A stretch of DNA of 64,000 nt from an uncultured Senegalimassilia sp. Lineage in GTDB: Bacteria; Actinomycetota; Coriobacteriia; Coriobacteriales; Eggerthellaceae. The stretch is taken from the NCBI RefSeq assembly GCF_902464545.1, contig NZ_CABQJR010000011.1, forward strand, positions 3,001-67,000, written 5' to 3'. Below, piece after piece: positions 18,493 to 29,034 of the stretch. How positions within the stretch are numbered: position 1 is the first letter of the stretch; the number at the start of each line of letters is the position of its first letter. The notes under the pieces were generated by a model, which saw only the letters and a program-made list of their open reading frames with translations, searched no databases and was not told where the DNA came from. The position numbers and the translations under genes were made by a program.

Positions 18493-19851
18493 GTGAGCAA
18501 CATCACAGAACAGCTGCTACGCGGGACCTCGAAGGGGGTTGGCGCGAAGGCGGCTTTAGCTTTAGAAGATGGCACCGTGTTCTTCGGCACGGCGTGCGGC
18601 GCTGCGGGGGAGGCTTTCGGCGAGATATGCTTCAACACCTCGCTCGAGGGGTATCTCGAGGTGATCAGCGACCCCAGCTATGCGGGCCAGATCATCACGC
18701 TGACGTATCCTCAAATCGGCAACTATGGCGTGAATCTACAGGATGCGCAATCGGGCAAGCCCGCACTGCGAGGGCTGGTGGTGCGCGATATGTGCGCAAC
18801 GCCGAGCAATTGGCGCAGCGGCATGTCTGTTGGCGAGTACTTGCAACGCAACGGCGTGGCGGCCATCGAGGGCGTGGACACGCGCGCGCTCGTGCGCCAC
18901 GTGCGCGACCATGGTGCCCAGCGCGCGATCATCTCCACCGTCGATGATGACGTGGAAAGCCTGGTCGCGAAAGTGCGCGCGAGCGAGAGCATCGTGGGGC
19001 AAAACCTTGCCGCCACGGTGTCTCGCGAACGCCCTTATGAACATACTGCCGACGATGTGCCGAATAGCGTGCTTTTCGCTTTGACCGAGGCCCCCTCAGC
19101 CCGTTTCAACGTCATTGCCTACGATTGCGGCGTGAAGCGCTCCATCCTCGACGGGCTCGTGCGCGCTGGATGCTCGGTCACGTGCGTGCCGTGGGATACG
19201 CCTGCCGAGGACGTTCTTGCGCAGCATCCCGATGGCGTGTTCTTAAGCAACGGACCCGGCGATCCAGATGCGGTCTCGGGCACGTATTCCCAGGTTGAGA
19301 AGCTGCTCGGTAAGGTGCCGATGTTCGGTATCTGCCTGGGTCATCAGATGATGGGCAAAGCTGCCGGCGCCGATATCGAGAAGCTCAAGTTCGGTCATCG
19401 AGGCGGCAACCATCCCGTGATGAACCTCCTCACGCGCCGCGTGGAGATCACGGCGCAAAACCATGGGTTCGGGGTGCTGTTCCCCAGCATGGGCGAGCTT
19501 GTGCCGGAGCTGTCGGGCGGGCATACCGAGCATCATGACGACCTGCGCTTTTGGGTACGCGCCGGCATCGCTCCCGTCGTGCAAAACGACCGCTTCGGGC
19601 GTATCCGGCTAACCCATGTCAACCTCAACGACGGCACGGTGGAGGGCGTGGCGTTTCTGGACGTGCCCGCGTTTTGCGTGCAGTACCATCCCGAGGCCGC
19701 GCCGGGCCCGACCGATGCGCACTATCTGTTCACGGCGTTCGTGCGCTTGATGGAAGGACGCAAGGATTATCTGGACATCGACATCGCTGCCGACCGCTTG
19801 GCGGGTTGGCGGTTCGGCGCCGAAGCAGCGAAGGAGCTCACGAATGCCTAA
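18493..19851 (+). CDS. carA: carbamoyl-phosphate synthase small (glutaminase) subunit
   Basis: Frame of ORF 18469-19851. GTG 18493 lies 6 nt after GAAAGGAG. Motifs [11 protein letters not shown], catalytic GICLGHQ and YHPEA. Confidence 0.92.
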   Translation: MSNITEQLLRGTSKGVGAKAALALEDGTVFFGTACGAAGEAFGEICFNTSLEGYLEVISDPSYAGQIITLTYPQIGNYGVNLQDAQSGKPALRGLVVRDMCATPSNWRSGMSVGEYLQRNGVAAIEGVDTRALVRHVRDHGAQRAIISTVDDDVESLVAKVRASESIVGQNLAATVSRERPYEHTADDVPNSVLFALTEAPSARFNVIAYDCGVKRSILDGLVRAGCSVTCVPWDTPAEDVLAQHPDGVFLSNGPGDPDAVSGTYSQVEKLLGKVPMFGICLGHQMMGKAAGADIEKLKFGHRGGNHPVMNLLTRRVEITAQNHGFGVLFPSMGELVPELSGGHTEHHDDLRFWVRAGIAPVVQNDRFGRIRLTHVNLNDGTVEGVAFLDVPAFCVQYHPEAAPGPTDAHYLFTAFVRLMEGRKDYLDIDIAADRLAGWRFGAEAAKELTNA

Positions 19852-22800
19852 ACGCAACGATATCGAAACCATTCTGGTCATCGGCTCCGGTCCCATCGTC
19901 ATCGGTCAGGCGTGCGAATTCGATTACTCCGGCACGCAGGCGTGCAAGGTGCTCAAGGACGAGGGTTTTCGCGTGGTGCTGGTCAACTCCAACCCGGCGA
20001 CCATCATGACCGATCCCGCCATGGCCGATCGCACCTACGTCGAGCCCATCACCGCCGAGTTCATCGAACGGGTCATCGCTCGCGAGCATCCGGATGCGCT
20101 TCTGCCCACCTTGGGCGGGCAAACCGGTTTGAACGCCGCGGTTGAGCTGGCTGAATCCGGCATTCTGGAGAAATACGGCGTTGTGATGATCGGCTGCGAC
20201 CTTGATGCCATCAACCGCGGCGAGGACCGTAAGCTGTTCAACGAGTGCATGGCAGAGCTTGGCATCGAAACGGCCCGCAGCGATTATGCGTATCGCGTCG
20301 AGGATGCGCTGGCCATCGTGGAAAAGCTCGGATATCCGGTGGTTTTGCGCCCGAGCTTCACCATGGGCGGCGCCGGCGGCGGTATCGCGCACAACGAGGA
20401 TGAGCTGCGCCTGATCGTGTCGCAGGGCCTTGAGTTGTCGCCAGCCGGCGAGGTGCTCGTTGAAGAATCCATCGAAGGCTGGAAAGAATACGAGATGGAG
20501 GTCATGCGCGATAAGGCCGGAAACGGCATCATCGTCTGCTCCATCGAGAACCTCGACGCCATGGGCGTGCACACGGGCGATTCCATCACCGTCGCCCCTG
20601 CTCAAACGCTTAGCGACGTGGAATACCAGCGCATGCGCGCGGCAAGCCTCGCCATTCTCGAAAAGGTGGGTGTGGAGACGGGCGGGTCGAACGTGCAGTT
20701 CGCCGTGAACCCGCAAAACGGCCGCATGGTGGTCATCGAGATGAACCCGCGCGTATCGCGCTCGTCGGCGCTTGCTTCCAAGGCCACCGGTTTCCCCATC
20801 GCCAAGGCCGCGGCGCGCCTTGCCGTCGGGTATACGCTTGACGAAATCGTCAACGATATCACGAAGGCCACGCCTGCATGCTTCGAGCCTTCCATAGACT
20901 ACTGCGTGGTGAAGGTTCCTCGCTTCGCGTTCGAGAAGTTCCAGGGCGCTGACGACGTGCTGTCCACGCGCATGAAGGCCGTCGGCGAGGTCATGGGGAT
21001 CGGGCGTACGTTCGAGGAAGCGCTCGGCAAGGCCATGCGCTCGCTGGAAAACGGGCGCGCCGGCCTGAACGCCGACGGTAAATGCAAGGATGTGCTCGAG
21101 CAGGACGGCTTCGATGAGCTGGTCGGGCGCCCCACGCAAGACCGCATCTTCTATATGGCCGAGGCGCTTCGCCGCGGGTGGAGTACGCAGCGGTTGCACG
21201 AGGCCACGGGCATCGATCCGTGGTTCATCGACCGCATGCGCGATATCGTCGTCATCGAGGAGAACCTTCGCGGCATGTCCCTTGAGCAGCTCGATGCGGA
21301 CGCCTTCCGCCTGCTGAAACGCATGGGCCTGTCAGATATGCAGATCGGACACCTCGTCGGCGCCGATGAGCTTGAGGTACGTGCTCAGCGCAAGCGCCTC
21401 GGCGTCGTGCCGGCGTTCAAGACGGTCGACACCTGCGCCGCCGAGTTCCCCGGCACCACGGCATACCACTACAAAACCTATGATGCGGATGAGAACGAGG
21501 CCGTTCCCACGCCGGGTCGCAAGAGCGTCATGATCTTGGGCGCCGGGCCGAATCGTATCGGGCAGGGCATCGAGTTCGATTACTGTTGCGTGCACGCCAG
21601 CTATGCGCTTCGGGACGCTGGCTACGAGACGATCATGGTCAACTGCAACCCCGAGACCGTGTCGACCGACTACGATACCTCCGACAAGCTGTATTTCGAG
21701 CCGCTGACCTTCGAGGACGTTATGGACATCGTCGATGTCGAGCAGCCCGAGGGCGTGGTGGTCACGTTGGGCGGGCAGACCCCGTTGAAGCTGGCGGCTG
21801 CCCTGCAAGAAGCCGGCGTCAACATCATGGGCACGAAGCCCGAGGCCATCGACCTTGCCGAGGACCGCGACCGGTTCCGTGCCGTATGCGACGAGCTCGA
21901 CATCGCCTATCCTGCCGCTGGTCAGGCGACCACCTTCGAGCAGGCGCGAAAGGTTGCGGCAGACATCGGCTTCCCGCTGCTCGTGCGCCCGAGCTACGTG
22001 CTCGGCGGGCGCGGTATGGGCATCGTCTACGACGATGCCCAGCTCAAGCGCTATATGGCGGAGGCGGCCAAGATCACGCCGGATCACCCGGTATATCTCG
22101 ATCGCTTCCTCGAGGGGGCCGTGGAGCTTGACCTTGACGCCCTGTGCGACGGCACCGAAACCTACGTCGGGGCCATCATGGAGCATATCGAGATGGCCGG
22201 CATCCATTCCGGCGACTCGGCCTGCTGCACGCCACCGTTCTCGCTCTCCGATGCCATCCAGGCGCAGCTGCGCTCCATCGCGCGCCGCCTGGCGCTTCGC
22301 TTGGGCGTGGTCGGTTTGCTCAACATACAGTTCGCCATCAAGGACCAGGTCATCTACATGATCGAGGCCAATCCGCGAGCCAGTCGCACCGTGCCGTTCG
22401 CCTCGAAGGCCACCGGGGTTCCCTTAGCGCAGGCCGCTGCACGCATCATGGCGGGCGAGAGCATCGCCGAACTTCGCCTGCCAAGCGACGAGCGGCGCTT
22501 GGACCGCTTCAGCGTCAAGGAGGCCGTTATGCCTTTCGGCCGCTTCCCGGGTGCGGACACCATCCTCGGTCCCGAGATGAAATCGACCGGCGAGGTCATG
22601 GGCATCGCGGAGAACTTCCCGTGCGCGTTCGCCAAGACCCAGCTTGCCATCAGCTATAAGCTTCCCGAGGGCGGTACGGTGTTCGTGAGCGTGTGCGACC
22701 GCGATAAACGCGGCATCGTGCCCATTGCGCGCGACATCGTGCGTCTCGGCTTCCGTATCGTGGCTACCGCGGGAACGGCGCGTACGCTGGGAGCTGCCGG

Positions 22801-23098
22801 TGTAGACTGTACACCGGTCAAGAAGATCAGCGAAGGCGAGCCCAACGTGCTCGACATGCTGGTTGCCGGCGAGATCGCGTTGATGATCAACACGCCGTTC
22901 GGTCATGCCACCCGCGACGATGGCTACGAGCTGCGAACCGAGGCGGTCAAGCACGGCGTCACGCAGATCACCACGCTTGCAGGCGCCCAGGCCATGGCGG
23001 CAGGTTTGGAGGCCATGCGCGCGAACGGGTTGACGGTGATTGCGCTGCAAGATCTTCCGCAGCATCCTTTGCCGCTAGAGGGGGATCCGGTCAAGTAA
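19844..23098 (+). CDS. carB: carbamoyl-phosphate synthase large subunit
   Basis: 1084 aa with duplicated ATP-grasp halves and an MGS-like C-terminus. Overlaps the carA stop by 8 nt. Confidence 0.97.
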   Translation: MPKRNDIETILVIGSGPIVIGQACEFDYSGTQACKVLKDEGFRVVLVNSNPATIMTDPAMADRTYVEPITAEFIERVIAREHPDALLPTLGGQTGLNAAVELAESGILEKYGVVMIGCDLDAINRGEDRKLFNECMAELGIETARSDYAYRVEDALAIVEKLGYPVVLRPSFTMGGAGGGIAHNEDELRLIVSQGLELSPAGEVLVEESIEGWKEYEMEVMRDKAGNGIIVCSIENLDAMGVHTGDSITVAPAQTLSDVEYQRMRAASLAILEKVGVETGGSNVQFAVNPQNGRMVVIEMNPRVSRSSALASKATGFPIAKAAARLAVGYTLDEIVNDITKATPACFEPSIDYCVVKVPRFAFEKFQGADDVLSTRMKAVGEVMGIGRTFEEALGKAMRSLENGRAGLNADGKCKDVLEQDGFDELVGRPTQDRIFYMAEALRRGWSTQRLHEATGIDPWFIDRMRDIVVIEENLRGMSLEQLDADAFRLLKRMGLSDMQIGHLVGADELEVRAQRKRLGVVPAFKTVDTCAAEFPGTTAYHYKTYDADENEAVPTPGRKSVMILGAGPNRIGQGIEFDYCCVHASYALRDAGYETIMVNCNPETVSTDYDTSDKLYFEPLTFEDVMDIVDVEQPEGVVVTLGGQTPLKLAAALQEAGVNIMGTKPEAIDLAEDRDRFRAVCDELDIAYPAAGQATTFEQARKVAADIGFPLLVRPSYVLGGRGMGIVYDDAQLKRYMAEAAKITPDHPVYLDRFLEGAVELDLDALCDGTETYVGAIMEHIEMAGIHSGDSACCTPPFSLSDAIQAQLRSIARRLALRLGVVGLLNIQFAIKDQVIYMIEANPRASRTVPFASKATGVPLAQAAARIMAGESIAELRLPSDERRLDRFSVKEAVMPFGRFPGADTILGPEMKSTGEVMGIAENFPCAFAKTQLAISYKLPEGGTVFVSVCDRDKRGIVPIARDIVRLGFRIVATAGTARTLGAAGVDCTPVKKISEGEPNVLDMLVAGEIALMINTPFGHATRDDGYELRTEAVKHGVTQITTLAGAQAMAAGLEAMRANGLTVIALQDLPQHPLPLEGDPVK

Positions 23099-23370
23099 GG
23101 CGTATCGCCCTGCCGGTGCGAACCCGCGGGGGATAGGCGACGGGAGCGCGTTTCGCGCGGCGGCGGTTCGCATGCTGCGCGAGGCGCCGTCCCCGTCGCC
23201 GTTATTTCGCCCGTTGCATCCTTTCTGCCCTTGCGTAGGGTATCTCGGGCGCGCTCGTGGGCCGTTTGCGTTCGAACTGTCGGCATTTGCCCCTGCTAGC
23301 TGCTGCAATGGTACAATCGCTCCCAACGTAGCAAGGGCCGCATCGCGGCCATCGTGACGGAAGGAGCCCT

Positions 23371-24177
23371 GTGGCGCTTGTGAACGAGCGGGTCCGCATT
23401 CTGGAGAACGAGTGCGTCGGCCTGAATCTGTATCTCATGACGCTTTCCTCGCCGGCCATCGCGGCCGCGATCGAACCCGGTCAGTTCGTGCATATGAAGA
23501 TCCCCGGAATGGAGGGCCACGTGCTGCGCCGTCCGTTCTCGGTGTATGCGGCCGATGCGGCTGGCGGTACGCTCGATGTGCTGTATCAAACGGTGGGTTT
23601 CGGCACGAACCATCTTGCCGCGCTCGCACCTGATGTGGCCAACGAAATCGAATCCGCCGAGCTCATCGGGCCCGTCGGCCGCCGCTGGCAGGCGCCTGCC
23701 GGTACGCAGCGCGCACTGCTCGTGGGCGGCGGCGTGGGCGCGGCCCCGCTGTTCATGCTGTGCCAGGAGCTTGTCGGTTCGGGCGTGCACGTGGACGTGG
23801 TGCTCGGCGCGCAGACCGCCGATGCGCTCGTGTGCCTGAAGCGCTACGAGCAGCTCCTGTCGCGCGATGTTCGCGTGGCAACCGACGATGGCACGCTCGG
23901 TCGTGAAGGCTTCTGCACCTCTTTGGTCGAAGAGGCCCTTGCCGCCGGCGTCGACGGGAAGCCGTATCAGTACGTGGCGTGCTGCGGCCCCGAGCCCCTC
24001 ATGAAGATCGTGGCGGGCCAGGCGGCCGGTGCCGGCGTGCCGTGCCAGATCTCCCTGGAAAAGCGCATGGCCTGCGGCGTGGGCGCGTGCCTGTCGTGCG
24101 TGGTCGACACGGTCGACGGCAAGAAGCGCTCATGCGTCGACGGCCCGGTTTTCGATGCTGAAAAGGTGGTGTGGTAG
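23371..24177 (+). CDS. pyrK: dihydroorotate dehydrogenase B electron-transfer subunit
   Basis: GTG start behind GGAAGGAG. FAD/NAD-binding fold and C-terminal 2Fe-2S motif CGVGACLSCV. Confidence 0.9.
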   Translation: MALVNERVRILENECVGLNLYLMTLSSPAIAAAIEPGQFVHMKIPGMEGHVLRRPFSVYAADAAGGTLDVLYQTVGFGTNHLAALAPDVANEIESAELIGPVGRRWQAPAGTQRALLVGGGVGAAPLFMLCQELVGSGVHVDVVLGAQTADALVCLKRYEQLLSRDVRVATDDGTLGREGFCTSLVEEALAAGVDGKPYQYVACCGPEPLMKIVAGQAAGAGVPCQISLEKRMACGVGACLSCVVDTVDGKKRSCVDGPVFDAEKVVW

Positions 24178-25128
24178 ATGACTGCAATCCCCATGCTTCC
24201 CGCAACCGCGGCCCCCACGAACGTGAACATGGCCGTCAACCTCGGCGGGCTTTCCATGAAAAACCCCGTGACCACGGCATCCGGCACCTTCGCTGCCGGC
24301 CGCGAATACTCCGACTTCGTGGACGTCTCCGCCCTGGGCGCCGTCACCACCAAAGGCGTCTCGCTTAACGGGTGGGAGGGCAACGCCTCCCCGCGCATCG
24401 CAGAGGTTCCTTCGGGCATGCTCAACTCCATCGGCCTGCAAAACCCCGGCGTCGAGCACCTGAAGGCCTGCGAGCTGCCGTGGCTTGCCGAGGTCGGCGC
24501 AACCACCATCGTCAACGTCTCAGGCCATAGCTTCGACGAATATGTGCAGGTCATCGAAGCGCTAGAAGCTGCTCCCGTCGATGCGTACGAGGTCAACATC
24601 TCATGCCCGAACGTCGATGCCGGCGGCATGACCATTGGCACGCACGTGGAGTCCGTCGAGAAGGTGGTGGGCATGTGCCGCCAGGCCACTGCCCGTCCGC
24701 TCATCGTGAAGCTCACGCCCAACGTCACCGATATCTCCGAGATCGCCCGCGCCGCCGAATCCGCCGGCGCCGACGCCATCTCGCTCATCAACACGCTCAT
24801 GGGCATGGCCATCGACGCCGATCGCCGCTGCACGCTCACGTCGCGTCCCTTCGCCGGCTTCTCCGGTCCCGCCATCAAGCCCGTGGCGCTGCGCTGCGTG
24901 TGGCAGTGCCACAACGCGGTGAAGGTGCCGCTTCTGGGCATGGGCGGCATCTCCAACGGCACCGATGCCGTGGAGTTCATGCTCGCCGGCGCCACCGCCG
25001 TGGCGGTGGGCACCGCGAACTTCGTCAACCCCCAGGCAACCATCGACGTCATCGACGGCATCGCCGAGTATTGCGAGCGTCATGGCGTCAAAGGCGTAAA
25101 CGAACTGATTGGAGCGCTGCAATGCTAA
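24178..25128 (+). CDS. pyrD: dihydroorotate dehydrogenase B catalytic subunit
   Basis: 316 aa. Motifs NSIGLQNPG and GGISNGTDAVEFMLAGATAVAVGTA. ATG immediately follows the pyrK stop. Confidence 0.95.
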   Translation: MTAIPMLPATAAPTNVNMAVNLGGLSMKNPVTTASGTFAAGREYSDFVDVSALGAVTTKGVSLNGWEGNASPRIAEVPSGMLNSIGLQNPGVEHLKACELPWLAEVGATTIVNVSGHSFDEYVQVIEALEAAPVDAYEVNISCPNVDAGGMTIGTHVESVEKVVGMCRQATARPLIVKLTPNVTDISEIARAAESAGADAISLINTLMGMAIDADRRCTLTSRPFAGFSGPAIKPVALRCVWQCHNAVKVPLLGMGGISNGTDAVEFMLAGATAVAVGTANFVNPQATIDVIDGIAEYCERHGVKGVNELIGALQC

Positions 25129-25850
25129 CCACGTTTTCCGATATCCCCGAGCGCGACCGCGTCATCGTCGCCCTGGACTGCGACATCGAGGAGGCCTTTG
25201 AGCTGGCCGACAAGCTGCAGGGCAAGGCCACGTGGATGAAGATCGGCATGACGCTGTTCTACGCCAACGGCCCCGCGGTGGTGTACGCCCTGAAAGAGCG
25301 CGGGTTCAAGGTGTTCTTGGACCTGAAGTTCCACGACATCCCGCATCAGGTCGAGGGCGCGGCGTATTCGGCGGCCGCTAGCGGCGCGGACATGATGACG
25401 ATGCATACCATCGGCGGCGTCGCCATGATGAGCGCGGCGCAAAAGGGCGCCGAGCGCGCGGCTGCAGAGTACGGCTTCGACGTGCCCATCACCTTGGGTA
25501 TCACCGTGCTCACCTCCATGAGCCAGGCCGCCCTCGCCGACACCGGCGTCACCCGTCCCATGTCCGAGCAGGTCAACGTGCTTGCCGAGCAGGCCAAGCG
25601 CTCCGGCATCTCCGGCGTCGTGGCATCCCCGCAGGAAGCCGCCATGCTCCGCGAGGTGCTCGGCCCCGAGGGCTATATCGTCACGCCGGGCGTGCGTCCC
25701 GCCGGCAGCGCCCTGGGCGATCAGTCCCGTGTCGCCACGCCCAAGCAGGCCTTCGAAAACGGCGCATCGCACATCGTCATCGGCCGCCCCATCACGCAGG
25801 CCGCCGACCCGGCTGCTGCCTTCGATGCCATCGTGGCCGAGCTGGACTAG
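25122..25850 (+). CDS. pyrF: orotidine 5'-phosphate decarboxylase
   Basis: Frame of ORF 24603-25850, start ATG 25122 (MLTTFSDIPERDRVIVALD...). Motif DLKFHDIP. Overlaps the pyrD stop by 7 nt. Confidence 0.92.
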   Translation: MLTTFSDIPERDRVIVALDCDIEEAFELADKLQGKATWMKIGMTLFYANGPAVVYALKERGFKVFLDLKFHDIPHQVEGAAYSAAASGADMMTMHTIGGVAMMSAAQKGAERAAAEYGFDVPITLGITVLTSMSQAALADTGVTRPMSEQVNVLAEQAKRSGISGVVASPQEAAMLREVLGPEGYIVTPGVRPAGSALGDQSRVATPKQAFENGASHIVIGRPITQAADPAAAFDAIVAELD

Positions 25851-26065
25851 TGGGAATTTCGCGCGTTCGTGGCATAGCTGGCATCGTTCGTGCATAATGT
25901 GTTGTCGCTGAAGAAGGGCGCTTTTGCGTTGGATTCGAAAGAATCCCAGGTGCAGGGCCATTTTTCCGCGAAAACTTTTTTGTGATTTGGGTAACTGGTT
26001 GTTGTCGATGTCGGTTGACGTGCTAGTATCACGACAACGCTTGATTTACACGAAGGAGATTACTG

Positions 26066-26374
26066 ATGGCTATTCCCCAACTCAGCCCTGAAGATCGTCA
26101 GGCGGCCCTTGAAAAGGCCAAGGCCGCTCGCATCAAGCGCGCGCAGGTCCGCGATGATCTCAAGGCCGGCAAGCTCACGCTTGCCCAGGTGGTCGACATG
26201 AAAGACGACCCGGTCATCGGCCGCATGAAGGTCTCCACGCTCATCGAAACGCTTCCCGGCTACGGCAAGGCCAAGGCCGAGAAGGTCATGAAGGAGCTGC
26301 AGATCGCCGAAAGCCGCCGCCTGCGCGGTCTTGGCGAGCGTCAGCAGGTCGCGCTCCTCGAGCGTCTGGGCTAG
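26066..26374 (+). CDS. mihF: actinobacterial integration host factor
   Basis: 102 aa, basic. Conserved position immediately upstream of gmk-rpoZ, as in Actinomycetota. RBS GAAGGAG. Confidence 0.8.
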   Translation: MAIPQLSPEDRQAALEKAKAARIKRAQVRDDLKAGKLTLAQVVDMKDDPVIGRMKVSTLIETLPGYGKAKAEKVMKELQIAESRRLRGLGERQQVALLERLG

Positions 26375-26377
26375 GCA

Positions 26378-26950
26378 GTGCGTCGCGGCAATCTGTTCGT
26401 CATCTCCGGGCCATCAGGTGCTGGCAAAGGCACGCTGGTGGCCCGACTTGTGCAGGCGGTTCCCGATGCGTGGGTTTCGGTTTCGGCCACCACGCGCAGC
26501 CCCCGCGCAGGCGAGGTCGACGGCGTTCATTACCAGTTCAAAACCAAGGAGCAGTTCCAGCAGCTCATCGAGTCCGACGGCTTGCTCGAATGGGCGGTCT
26601 ACGGGTCCAACCATTATGGTACGCCCAAGGCCAGCGTTCTGCAGCATATGGCCGCAGGCCAGCAGGTCATCCTTGAAATCGATGTGCAGGGGGCGTTCCA
26701 GATCAGGGAAAAGGTGCCCGAAGCCCACCTGATCTTCATCGAGCCGCCTTCCATGGAGGTGCTCGAACAGCGCCTTCGCGGACGCGATACTGAAACCGAG
26801 GAAGTCATCCAGCAGCGTCTTGCGGCTGCTAGGGTGGAGCTTTCCCGCAAAATGGAGTATGATATACAGCTTGTGAACGATAATCTTGACGAAGCTGTTT
26901 CGCAGCTCGTCTCATACGTGAACGAACAAGCCGAGAAAACGCGAGGTTAA
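26378..26950 (+). CDS. gmk: guanylate kinase
   Basis: P-loop GPSGAGKGT. Confidence 0.93.
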   Translation: MRRGNLFVISGPSGAGKGTLVARLVQAVPDAWVSVSATTRSPRAGEVDGVHYQFKTKEQFQQLIESDGLLEWAVYGSNHYGTPKASVLQHMAAGQQVILEIDVQGAFQIREKVPEAHLIFIEPPSMEVLEQRLRGRDTETEEVIQQRLAAARVELSRKMEYDIQLVNDNLDEAVSQLVSYVNEQAEKTRG

Positions 26951-26957
26951 CTACCCT

Positions 26958-27218
26958 ATGAGCATCATCGAACCCAGGATCACCGACCTTCTGGACGCAA
27001 CCGATAACGACCGTTTCCTGCTGTGCGCCCTGGCATCCAAGCGCGCCCATGACATCAACGACATGATGCGTGGCCAACGCGATCGCGCCATCCAGCTGCA
27101 AACCGCCGTCGAGATCGCTAAAGCTGCAGATAAGAAGCCGCTTTCCATGGCCTTCTCCGAAATCGCCCGCGGCGACGTTTCCTACGATCCGGAAACCATC
27201 GACGCCGAGAACCACTAA
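26958..27218 (+). CDS. rpoZ: DNA-directed RNA polymerase subunit omega
   Basis: 86 aa, ...NDRFLLCALASKRAHDIN..., following gmk. Confidence 0.88.
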   Translation: MSIIEPRITDLLDATDNDRFLLCALASKRAHDINDMMRGQRDRAIQLQTAVEIAKAADKKPLSMAFSEIARGDVSYDPETIDAENH

Positions 27219-27254
27219 ACCTTTCTACGCCAAGCAGTTTTCGTTTGACGTGTG

Positions 27255-27349
27255 AACCCTCTGGCGTCCTGCGCCTGTCTACGCTGATTATTTGCCGCAT
27301 TGTTCGTGCGATGCAAGCAGCGTAAAGGCTTGCAGGACGGCAGAGGGTT
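27255..27349 (+). other. long-stem RNA structure in the rpoZ-thiI spacer (terminator or leader element)
   Basis: AACCCTCTGGCGTCCTGC (27255-27272) pairs 17/18 with GCAGGACGGCAGAGGGTT (27332-27349). The 59-nt interior contains further short stems. Followed by TGTTCCGTTT. Confidence 0.5.
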
Positions 27350-27393
27350 TGTTCCGTTTACCCGCTTACCGTATGTTTCGAAGGGTTGTTCAT

Positions 27394-28611
27394 ATGACCG
27401 AATTCCAGCGCATTTGCCTGGTCCACTATCACGAAATCGGGCTGAAGGGCCACAACCGCTCCACGTTCGAGATGCGCCTGCTCAAAAACCTTGAGGCGCT
27501 GCTCTCCGATTTCGATGTGGTGACTATTCATCGCATCTCCGGCCGCCTTTGCGTGTTTCTGCGCGAGGGCACTGATTGGGAGACCGAGAAACGTTGCGCC
27601 GACTTCATCCGCAAGGTGCCCGGTGTTGCCCGCGTATCCTCCGGTTACAAGTGCGAGCGCGATTTGGCGCAAATGGAGCAAGCAGCGCTGGCGGCCATGG
27701 CCGACGTCGATGATTTCACCAGCTTCAAGGTGCAGGCTCGTCGCAACCACACCGACTTCGAAGTCGGTTCCATGGATATGAACCGCATCATCGGCGCTGC
27801 GCTGTGCGAGGCGCACCCCGAAAAGCAGGTTCAGATGAAGAATCCCGACGTGGTGGTGGGCGTTGAAGTGGTGCAGAACGCTGCTTACGTGTACGCTCGC
27901 AGCGTGCGCGGCGTCGGCGGCCTTCCGGTTGGAAGCTCGGGCAAGGTTGCCTGTCTGTTATCCAGCGGCATCGACTCGCCGGTGGCAACGTGGCGCATGG
28001 CGCGTCGCGGCGCCGTGTGCATCGGCATGCACTTCTCCGGCCGCCCGCAAACCAGCGACACCAGCGAGTACCTGGTCGACGATATCGCGCATGTGCTCGA
28101 GAGGACCGGGTGCATAGGCCGCGTGTATGTCGTGCCGTTCGGCGATTACCAGCGCGAGATCTCGCTGACGGTGCCTCCTCAGCTGCGCGTCATCATGTAT
28201 CGCCGCCTCATGTTCAAGGTTGCGCAGGAGATCGCCCGTCGGGAAGGGGCGAAGGCCCTCGTAACCGGCGAGTCGCTCGGCCAGGTGGCCTCGCAAACCT
28301 TGGATAACATCCGCTGCACCGATGCGGCGGTGGATATGCCGGTGTTCCGCCCCCTCATCGGCACCGATAAGCTGGAGATCATCGATATGGCGCAGCAGGT
28401 CGGCACCTTCGAGATCTCGTCTCAGGATGCCCCCGATTGCTGCACGCTGTTCATGCCGCGCAATCCCGAGACGCATGCGCAGCTCGAAGACGTGCTTGAG
28501 TCCGAATCGGCGCTTCCCGTCGATCAATGGGTGTCCGAGCTCGCCGACGCCGCGGAGCCGCACGACTACAAGTGCCCGGGCTACAAGAAGAAAAAGCCGC
28601 GCAAGGAATAG
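27394..28611 (+). CDS. thiI: tRNA 4-thiouridine(8) synthase ThiI
   Basis: Frame of ORF 27292-28611, start ATG 27394 (MTEFQRICLVHYHEIGLKG...). THUMP-type N-terminus and PP-loop SSGIDSPVA. Confidence 0.9.
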   Translation: MTEFQRICLVHYHEIGLKGHNRSTFEMRLLKNLEALLSDFDVVTIHRISGRLCVFLREGTDWETEKRCADFIRKVPGVARVSSGYKCERDLAQMEQAALAAMADVDDFTSFKVQARRNHTDFEVGSMDMNRIIGAALCEAHPEKQVQMKNPDVVVGVEVVQNAAYVYARSVRGVGGLPVGSSGKVACLLSSGIDSPVATWRMARRGAVCIGMHFSGRPQTSDTSEYLVDDIAHVLERTGCIGRVYVVPFGDYQREISLTVPPQLRVIMYRRLMFKVAQEIARREGAKALVTGESLGQVASQTLDNIRCTDAAVDMPVFRPLIGTDKLEIIDMAQQVGTFEISSQDAPDCCTLFMPRNPETHAQLEDVLESESALPVDQWVSELADAAEPHDYKCPGYKKKKPRKE

Positions 28612-28674
28612 CGTTTCCTGCGGATATCGCGCTGGGTCGACACCCTATTCTCGGGTGCAACATGAGATTCAAAC

Positions 28675-28704
28675 GAGAAGGCCGCGCTTTTGCACGGCCT
28701 TCTC
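28675..28704 (+). terminator. hairpin after thiI (no U tract)
   Basis: GAGAAGGCCG / CGGCCTTCTC, 10-bp perfect stem with a 10-nt loop. Confidence 0.45.
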
Positions 28705-29034
28705 GCGTGTTCGGCTATACGAAAACGGGGCCTGGTTGTGCTGTGTGGCTTTCGACTTCGCTGAAAGGCGCTTATCGAGTTGAGTTTATTTCCGAGTGTC
28801 GATCGGCCTATCAACTTTGCGTCTCTTTGGCTTTTTGGCTCAAGGAACGATTTCTCGGCGATGCTTGGAGACGCTCTCTAGCTCTCAACGACTTTTCTTG
28901 GTGCTTGGAAGGTCTGCGACCCGGGTTGCTGTTCCCTCATCTTGCAAGGTTTATGGGACTCGCATCGGTCTTGTCGACAAGGGTTCTGCAAGATGGCGGA
29001 GCTATGCTTTCCGAAATCAAGGAAAGGGGCTTTT

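Noticed and set aside
23138-23205. Imperfect inverted repeat (GGCGACGGG...CCCGTCGCC) between carB and pyrK, considered as a third PyrR attenuator
   Set aside because: It has no TCCTTTAA...GAGAGNC PyrR-binding core, the stem is interrupted, and no T tract follows. It is probably just an intercistronic structure.
26015-26030. Promoter call for mihF (TTGACG ... TGCTAGTAT)
   Set aside because: TAGTAT with an upstream TG could be an extended -10, but the only good -35-like hexamer (TTGACG) is just 3 nt away. The geometry is wrong for a standard promoter, so no call is made.
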